Positions 59,947 through 64,000 of a DNA stretch of 64,000 nt are shown here, in pieces. The notes beneath the pieces are model-generated. The model made no database searches and had not been told where the DNA came from. It was given only the letters and a program-made list of their open reading frames with translations. The position numbers were made by a program, and so were the translations under genes. Source of the stretch: Paragordius varius. Lineage: Eukaryota; Animalia; Nematomorpha. Location: NCBI GenBank assembly GCA_964247055.1, contig OZ176051.1, positions 10,602,001-10,666,000 on the forward strand, in the 5' to 3' direction. How positions within the stretch are numbered: position 1 is the first letter of the stretch; each line of letters begins with the position of its first letter.

Positions 59947-62851
59947 AGACTTAAGACAGATATAATTTTTATGTTTGTTTATAAATATATATACCTTGAG
60001 TAGTTTCCGATGAACCAGTAGAACTAGTTGACAGGGTTGTGGCTAATATAATATAATCATAATTAAATATTATTGATAATAAAAAATATATGATGATGTA
60101 TAATAATATATTTTATTTCATACCCAAACAATCAATGAGTAAAAAGCTTAGGGAATGACGATTTCCATCACATTCAAAGATAGAAGGGTCGGCAAACATC
60201 AAAAACGAATTTGATAATTGTTTAGTTTCCCCATTTTTATACTGCATATATACGCCTTGTTCATTGGAAACGACAGTATCCTACGCATTTTTTGCAATAA
60301 AATATAATTAGATTATATATATGTAATAAATAGGTTCTAAATATAAAAATTAAAACCTTATATATCATTTTTAATAAATATTACCAGTTGTTGGAGGTTG
60401 GGTAGGAAAGGACATATTTTGCTTAAAACACCTGATTTTTCATTGTAATAACACAAAGTTGGTGTGTATATTGTTTTGGGGTTGATAACTTTGCATGTCA
60501 TCTGTGATAATAAGACAAGAAATTGAAAATAAAAGGACGTAAAAATATTTTTGATTGATAAAACAATATTGTAATTTTTTACAATTAATTTTTTACAGTT
60601 ACAATTTTCATTGCTTTATTAATTTCGCACCCAAAATCATAAGATACCTTTATAACAAGATTTAAAAAAATAGGTTTCTATAAACATCTGTCTTTTACTT
60701 TTTATGTTTTGTCTCTATTATTTTAATTTTTTCTGTATAAGAATTTAGAGTAAAATGAAATTTACCGTAATACTCACAAGATATAATTTTATTTTTTTTA
60801 GTTTTAAATTAGGCTATAACATGTATATCTTACATCACTGTTCATTGTCATATGCATGGGGTATAAACGTGAAAGCCATGTATATTCATCCATTAAGTTG
60901 GGATACCAATCTTGAGAACCGCCAGTAAGCATGCCCATATGCTGATAAACTGCATAAATCTTTTCATCTTCCGGAACTCTCATGAGCTCAACAGATCCCC
61001 TAAACAAAGAATTGAAATATATTTAGCCGAGTGATTTTGAGAAATAAGTGATAATTAATACTTTGCGGATGGTATTTCATTTCCAGTTAACATTTTTATA
61101 TCGTATGTCCCATTGGTTGAAACCATGTCACACAAAGCTTCTAAAAAATTTGGAATACATTTAATCAAAAAAATTATTCTAAATTTAATCTTATAGTAAA
61201 ACAACATCCACAATTTTATGCATTATTTACCTGGTGGGGCTGTTGTTGTTTCAATATCATCCGTCGTAGTTGTTTCTATTTCTATTATTAAATTTTAAAG
61301 AATTTTTTAAGTATATATTTATTTAAATTTATTTTATAAATTATTATATGAATATAATATACCATCAGTCGTAGTGGAGAAAAAGGTTGACAATGTTGTA
61401 CTGATAGGTTTAGTTGTAACGTCTAGAAATATATAATTATGTAGCAATTATTTTTAAACACAAAGATTTTACAAAAATATATTACCTGTGGGAGATGTGG
61501 TAGATAAACTTTGATCTATATCAAAATATATAATATATTAATATCATCTGGTATTAATTTAAATATTCTATCAACCCAATTTAACACAAAGGGTGGTCAA
61601 ACTTTCAACACTACTTTTTGAGAAAATTATACACTAACACATATTATTAATTAATTAACATGCATAAATTACTAAAAATGCTACGCATTAATTATCTGAC
61701 ATAACTAATCACCGCCTTTTATATAACTCAATAGGTGAAAAAGCCGGTGTTTCTCTATGCAAATTATGATATTTGATTATAGGTTTCGTATTATGTTTTT
61801 TCACCCGAAAATTTAAAATATTTAAATTAGATATCCTAAATCAGGTCTTAGTCTGGGCACCCTCGGGTCTAAAGAGAATCATAAAATTGAAACTTTATAG
61901 AAAAAAATAAAAATAATACCGCAATGTTTAAAGATGATTTTGAGTTTATGCATGCTTCCACGAATAGCAAAATCACCCATTATGTAGATGATAAAATGTC
62001 CTTCATTTTGACTGGGTACTTTGCCATCAATGCTAACACCAGTTGGTAATTGATTTATGGAAATCTAGTTGATAAGATGAAATACATTTTTATTATAAAA
62101 AGTGGTTAAAACAAAAATATATTTATATTTATTTTATCACAATAATTTAGATTAACATACATCATGTGACATTTCTGGAACAAAGCAAACGATAGGATTT
62201 GCTGTTTCATCAATGATGGCAGTGCACAACGTGGTTGGACAAGTTGGGCATTTTTTAAGATCGATTTGTAACTAAATACATTATATATCGAGATAAGAAA
62301 TAAATTTATTATGGTATTTCGCCAAATGAAAAGGATCATAGTTTTAACCCTTTTTTTACTATAATCAAACCCATTCGAGATCAATATACCTTGGTAAAAA
62401 ATTTCATTTCCAAGCGCTAAAACTAATGCGGACATAGAAATCCCTAAACAAAAATTTAAATTTAAATTCAGAAATTTATACATTTGTTTCAATTATCCTT
62501 CATCCGTAAAGATATATTTGGGATAGTCATTAACAGTTAGGGTAGAATTCAAGATATTAAGGAATAATTGCCAATATTTTTTTTTATGGAATAAACCAAA
62601 GCCTGGTCATGAAATATTTGAATAGTAATATCTTAACACTTACATTACTATCGATGAGAACATTCTTTCCTTTACCGTTTTTGGTGTTATTGGGTTTTAG
62701 CGATTGTAAAATGAGTAAATCCTTAACCAAACTGTTTTGAGCTGATCGACTGGGAAAACTCCAAGGGGCTCCGGATGGCAAATATAAATGCTTTCCCTCA
62801 ATTATCCACACTAATTTATCACCTTCACGGATGAATTTAACATTCTCCGAC
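26380..62851 (-). CDS. Giant multi-exon mucin/proteoglycan-like gene: ~110 exons, ~3,400 aa, nine copies of an unassigned Cys-containing module separated by PTS-rich cassette exons; 5' end not resolved
   Basis: Manual exon chaining from 62851 to 26742. Every exon is bounded by AG/GT on the minus strand (two use a shifted AG), phases are compatible and there are no in-frame stops. Summed length is ~10,230 nt: 35 module exons and 75 phase-1 exons, each a multiple of 3. Products are T/S/P-rich with SGSG motifs. The 3' coordinate assumes the candidate terminal exon at 26380-26414. Confidence 0.85.
26742..27835 (-). CDS. Globular module 9 (4 exons)
   Basis: Exons 27751-27835 (DICEDISLTEKFIKMSTTRILGNDIPFY), 27507-27669 (YDEIEVAKISNKIVVRVDG...PMTVLSQ), 27297-27416 (YVANVGASNETCEFTMCYMTLKPNTTPFVNCFNPIVIAHQ), 26742-26919 (NSVSQLPTSITIN...LQGNVHEFHFEIVDCDILAG). 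Phases 1-2-0-0-1. Confidence 0.8.
26956..27245. mobile_element. MITE family A copy 1 (~290 bp; TIR CCATTTACA(A/G)TTCAAATTCACCC, TA flanks, 21-bp subterminal repeats)
   Basis: TA-ccatttacagttcaaattcaccc ... gggtgaatttgaattgtaaatgg-TA. Non-coding interior, intronic, four more copies in the window. Confidence 0.85.
27918..28996 (-). CDS. Four phase-1 PTS cassette exons between modules 8 and 9
   Basis: 28928-28996 (69 nt), 28592-28630 (39 nt, shifted acceptor), 28331-28375 (45 nt, GSGSGDISTTTPTTI), 27918-27968 (51 nt). Confidence 0.75.
28071..28298. mobile_element. Foldback MITE, Tc1/mariner-type ends (TA|CAGT...ACTG|TA)
   Basis: About 100-bp arms are near-perfect inverted copies (tgtatcctttattttattaaaaatttattttttcgttaaatg / catttaacgaaaaataaatttttgataaaataaaggataca) around a ~25-bp loop, with TA on both sides. 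Confidence 0.8.
29598..30541 (-). CDS. Globular module 8 (4 exons)
   Basis: 30439-30541 (SPPNNICDYVSESKYYETTEIVKILGLNAATSY), 30082-30295 (PPKIYIKSTLDNKRVLNFDVFEIF...QYEILSD), 29872-29994 (LLASATYVPGQKEDLTLCLEYMRTSDEGTSSSCHNEFSQMN), 29598-29763 (VTITQNTNSVVV...HGFTHSVDFVIADCGQ). Confidence 0.85.
30624..35563 (-). CDS. 18 phase-1 PTS cassette exons, including a tandemly repeated 4-exon block
   Basis: Block exons: a (36 nt, IPTTTSTDCDT) 34154-34189, 32625-32660, 31438-31473; b (45-48 nt) 35137-35184, 34033-34077, 32494-32541, 31307-31354; c (54-63 nt, GSGSGDMSTT) 35011-35073, 33901-33954, 32366-32419, 31181-31234; d (42-51 nt, TTAETTPFET) 34878-34919, 33783-33833, 32242-32292, 31056-31106. Also 35489-35563, 30730-30789, 30624-30656. 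Confidence 0.85.
31560..31760. mobile_element. Degenerate hAT/Charlie-like MITE remnant, copy 1
   Basis: Starts caggagtatccaac, resembling Charlie-type CAGGGGTGTCCAA ends, and contains GC-rich gcgggacgcat / ccgcgggcc motifs. No right TIR or TSD seen. Confidence 0.45.
32744..33000. mobile_element. Degenerate hAT/Charlie-like MITE remnant, copy 2 (co-duplicated with the exon block)
   Basis: caggaatgtccaacacaaatggcttagcgggccgcat ... gcatgcagaccgcggggcc, at the equivalent intron position to copy 1. Confidence 0.45.
33298..33542. mobile_element. MITE family A copy 2 (degenerate)
   Basis: ctatttacaattcaaattcacc ... gggtgaatttgatt...gtgaattgtaaatt, with interior similar to copy 1 and in the same orientation. 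Confidence 0.7.
34554..34810. mobile_element. MITE family A copy 3
   Basis: ccatttacaattcaaattcaccc with three 21-bp subrepeats; right end gggtgaatttgaatt...ggggtgaattt is truncated. Confidence 0.75.
35775..37175 (-). CDS. Globular module 7 (4 exons), close paralog of module 8
   Basis: 37073-37175 (TPPTNVCDFTSEAKNYDTLEILKMLGLNETTLS), 36290-36509 (PEQIFIIPTTDNKRILSFDMSEIF...QYNILSD), 36038-36160 (LFAVTTYTPNQKEDLSLCLHYLRTADGLNNVVCTKEFSQMN), 35775-35943 (VTITQGKNSVVV...YGFYHSVDFVIAECGDQQ). Confidence 0.85.
36206..36232. repeat. (TA)n microsatellite, intronic
   Basis: Direct reading of the sequence. Confidence 0.9.
37251..37653 (-). CDS. Four phase-1 cassette exons (two with GSGSG)
   Basis: 37615-37653 (39 nt), 37498-37530 (33 nt, SGSGSGFTSPL), 37366-37422 (57 nt), 37251-37280 (30 nt, GSGSGSTTTT). 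Confidence 0.8.
37748..39114 (-). CDS. Globular module 6 (4 exons)
   Basis: 39030-39114 (TDICKEITETGWYDMRKVLNIPNYPKY), 38734-38938 (PEKTFIRRDGTTLTWVIDAKEIYNTSIDCYHNRPEC...NVTIESN), 38522-38641 (LYVEQNMTGRALLLICTFFLDRDETTHRTKCFSPMTEYRN), 37748-37913 (ATIRQEPNYVTV...RGFYNIHGYHHTANIVIKECDE). Confidence 0.85.
39471..40264 (-). CDS. Five phase-1 PTS cassette exons
   Basis: 40211-40264, 39925-39981, 39769-39822, 39629-39682, 39471-39512 (54, 57, 54, 54 and 42 nt). Confidence 0.8.
40522..41725 (-). CDS. Globular module 5 (4 exons)
   Basis: 41632-41725 (SMPEDICDWIQQSGRYNINQYLKIENYPTY), 41001-41211 (PMNPFIERTPQGQLVWTLDFPEIY...YEFVSD), 40806-40919 (FDLHDKNTTSKATLTVCYSQLTEGLYSTCHIPETNEKI), 40522-40687 (LNVKQESDGLL...SGSYDLNGAYHSIRIIIDNCAP). 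Confidence 0.85.
41818..41871 (-). CDS. Single phase-1 PTS linker exon between modules 4 and 5
   Basis: 54 nt, ETTTPMSSTITTTTRETT, AG/GT bounded. Confidence 0.8.
41957..43554 (-). CDS. Globular module 4 (4 exons)
   Basis: 43470-43554 (IPDMCDIVTETGNYTIRDVIDEPIPDF), 42767-42971 (PEKIELERKNGLITWVVSG...EIVWLHNTY...NYTIESD), 42555-42671 (LVVSFDSPYVTEPMKLCRLHFDDDVANVVCFVPASTTKI), 41957-42131 (NKVIQQNVNVYV...IGNFEVSGNRHKFKIVIKDCEESE). Confidence 0.85.
43038..43392. mobile_element. Non-autonomous hAT element with 8-bp TSD CCCTAAAT
   Basis: ccctaaat at 43030-43037 and 43393-43400 flanks ends CAGTGGTGTTACCA / TTGGGAACCACTT (imperfect TIR). An 8-bp TSD with central TA is typical of Buster/Charlie hAT elements. 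Confidence 0.8.
43646..44399 (-). CDS. Three phase-1 PTS exons between modules 3 and 4
   Basis: 44268-44399 (132 nt), 44065-44166 (102 nt, VSGSGSGDTT), 43646-43711 (66 nt). Confidence 0.8.
44501..45854 (-). CDS. Globular module 3 (4 exons)
   Basis: 45773-45854 (HKEICITVTESGFYKIRDFIKPLPAI), 45244-45448 (EEQVYLERTMDLVYWPISAEDIY...QIVWLERF...TVIESD), 45002-45112 (LKIIINNTMVSPIELCAVELVSTPSVTCFIPMTTLNQ), 44501-44651 (DTIVQGTDGIQI...YGDFRIVKTGKHTFKILLEECSP). Confidence 0.85.
45938..46910 (-). CDS. Five phase-1 PTS/SG cassette exons
   Basis: 46818-46910 (ETGSGTTTKESP), 46418-46507 (ESGSGTTTLES), 46240-46275, 46071-46124 (GSGSGSGFSTT), 45938-45994. Confidence 0.8.
47156..53064 (-). CDS. Array of 13 paralogous 99-105 nt exons (ESGSGSESTTxTPTQSTMTYSADTVDTTTTPTTTE) plus one 93-nt ETGSGS exon
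   Basis: 52960-53064, 52646-52750, 52426-52527, 52041-52142, 51681-51785, [51201-51293], 50884-50982, 50522-50626, 49836-49940, 49481-49585, 49096-49197, 48300-48404, 47768-47872, 47156-47260. All phase 1-1, open, AG/GT bounded. Confidence 0.92.
47329..47356. repeat. (TA)n microsatellite, intronic
   Basis: Direct reading of the sequence. Confidence 0.9.
48464..48638. mobile_element. Foldback MITE, Tc1/mariner-type ends (TA|CAGTATG...CATACTG|TA)
   Basis: The arm cagtatgcattttaatggttgcttatttcacaatatag matches the reverse complement of ctatagtgtgaaataagcaaccattgaaatccatactg. Inner arms (catagtagtgtat / atacactactgtg) also pair. TA flanks. Confidence 0.85.
53329..60042 (-). CDS. 18 phase-1 PTS cassette exons with diverged internal duplication
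   Basis: 59995-60042, 59802-59882, 59274-59438, 58677-58784, 57986-58054, 57838-57897, 57401-57442, 57216-57311, 56702-56803, 56381-56443, 56250-56309, 55776-55820, 55606-55704, 55336-55437, 54824-54922, 54440-54493, 54269-54340, 53329-53373. All are multiples of 3. The five exons 58784-57216 are paralogous to the five exons 56803-55606. Confidence 0.82.
54132..54160. repeat. (TA)n microsatellite, intronic
   Basis: Direct reading of the sequence. Confidence 0.9.
55009..55302. mobile_element. MITE family A copy 4 (interior inverted relative to copies 1-3)
   Basis: TA-ccatttacagttcaaatttaccc ... gggtgaatttaaactataaatgg-TA. Confidence 0.85.
57488..57780. mobile_element. MITE family A copy 5 (interior inverted relative to copies 1-3)
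   Basis: TA-ccatttacaattcaaatacaccc ... gggtgattatgaataaatgg-TA. Interior ttcgggctaatataactcattattaatatgaaa is approximately the reverse complement of the copy 1 interior. Confidence 0.85.
59895..59941. repeat. (TA)n microsatellite, intronic
   Basis: Direct reading of the sequence. Confidence 0.92.
60124..61140 (-). CDS. Globular module 2 (4 exons)
   Basis: 61062-61140 (ALCDMVSTNGTYDIKMLTGNEIPSA), 60834-60999 (GSVELMRVPEDEKIYAVY...EYTWLSRLY...TMNSD), 60385-60501 (MTCKVINPKTIYTPTLCYYNEKSGVLSKICPFLPNLQQL), 60124-60280 (DTVVSNEQGVYM...FECDGNRHSLSFLLIDCL). Confidence 0.8.
61231..61515 (-). CDS. Three phase-1 PTS exons between modules 1 and 2
   Basis: 61486-61515 (30 nt), 61363-61422 (60 nt), 61231-61281 (51 nt; an alternative in-frame acceptor gives 45 nt). 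Confidence 0.78.
61920..62851 (-). CDS. Globular module 1 (three exons found; first exon not identified)
   Basis: 62644-62851 (SENVKFIREGDKLVWIIEGKHLY...NVLIDSN), 62161-62271 (LQIDLKKCPTCPTTLCTAIIDETANPIVCFVPEMSHD), 61920-62064 (ISINQLPTGVSIDG...MGDFAIRGSMHKLKIIFKHC). Confidence 0.8.
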
Positions 62852-63740
62852 CTTAAATCATTGTATATTATTAACATTATGCAGGTATAATTCGAATTCT
62901 TTATAAAATATGTATTAAATATATTGTACCATGTACCAAGTTTTTGGACAAAAAATTTTAAGAATAAGATAGATAATTGGCATCGTAAATTTGAGGCAAT
63001 CAAATCTTAAGGGATTTTAAAAGTTAATTGTTAATGCAGAATACCGTGATTGCAAACGATGTCAAAGTTTTAAAAATAGCTAATGCCTTAGACTTCTAAT
63101 ATTAATCATTGCATTATATTTAAGAAAATTTTTTTATAATCTTATATATATGTAAAATGTATTTTCAATCATTATAATTATATCCATGTATTGAACCCCA
63201 ATGATATCCGCTATTTTTGGGATAATTGTGGATCAAATAAATAAGACCTGTAATGGGGCAACTCTCATAATCTAGTCTGGCTATCACTTTTGATTATTAC
63301 TTATAATTATATTCCGTTATTTTCTTACATACAGTCATGAATATTTTATTCTGGCAAGAATTTATTTTTGTTATTTGTGTATTTTTATTTGTTTAAGAAA
63401 AGAGCCCAATGGTATTAATCATATCATATTAATGTAAAAGAGGTGTGAGGGAAGGGCGTCGGAAATCTACGGTGAAAAAATGAAAAAACACTAACAACTA
63501 ACCCTTCACTATAAATTATTGTATAAAAGGGTTGGGAATCGACCACAATGAAATATATCTTGCTTTTTTACAACAATTATCACAGAACATTTAATAGGGT
63601 AAAATAGTAGAAAACTGGTATATTCATATGATTGTTTTTTAAATTTCCCAAAATTGAGCATTTTGAATGGATGAAACGTATTCAGTTTGGTAATACATTT
63701 TTTATAAACGCTATATAATCAATAAATTTCATATGTTTTC

Positions 63741-63743
<3 letters not shown>

Positions 63744-63775
<32 letters not shown>
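63744..63775. repeat. (TA)n microsatellite
   Basis: Direct reading of the sequence. Confidence 0.9.
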
Positions 63776-63778
<3 letters not shown>

Positions 63779-64000
63779 TTGATTACATCATTATATTTTT
63801 TCAGTTAAAATGTTTGTTTAATTAATTGTGATATCTATTAAATAAATAATAATATTTTTTTTTACCTATATATAAAAATTAATTTTTACGTGGCTAAAAT
63901 TCGAAAAAAATAGTAATAAAATTTTGCTAAAAAATTAACATTTTAAGATTAAGGGTTAGTTGTTAGCGTATTTTCATTTTCCAAAGATTTACGACGCCCT

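Noticed and set aside
60385-60501. Phase-1 reading of this exon with an internal TGA (possible selenocysteine or readthrough)
   Set aside because: The phase 0-0 reading is open, matches the two-Cys pattern of the paralogous exons and joins both neighbours.
61590-61863. Possible TIR pair AGGGTGGTCAAAC / GTCTGGGCACCCT
   Set aside because: Three mismatches in 13 bp, no TSD and no second copy in the window.

Overview
Eukaryotic, very AT-rich DNA with short GT-AG introns; the style suggests an invertebrate animal, but I cannot identify the species. The window has two parts. (1) 1-25.46 kb is a homogeneous tandem satellite of 52 full ~474-482 bp monomers plus a diverged terminal copy. Each monomer is an old trimer of ~144-183 bp subunits, and recent 2-, 3- and 6-7-monomer block duplications are visible. 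(2) ~26.4-62.9 kb carries one giant minus-strand gene that the ORF track mostly misses. By hand I chained about 110 GT-AG exons in frame (~10.2 kb, ~3,400 aa). Of these, 75 are symmetric phase-1 Thr/Ser/Pro-rich cassette exons of 30-165 nt, many with acidic Ser-Gly-Ser-Gly motifs. They separate nine copies of a ~170-200 aa Cys-bracketed globular module that I cannot assign to a known family. Each copy uses the same 4-exon, phase 1-2-0-0-1 layout and has an invariant Ser and an invariant H-x8-C. The product looks like a secreted mucin/proteoglycan whose length and glycan load could be tuned by exon skipping. The introns hold several MITE families. The gene's 5' end was not resolved and the terminal exon is ambiguous. 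All exon calls are manual, with no transcript evidence.
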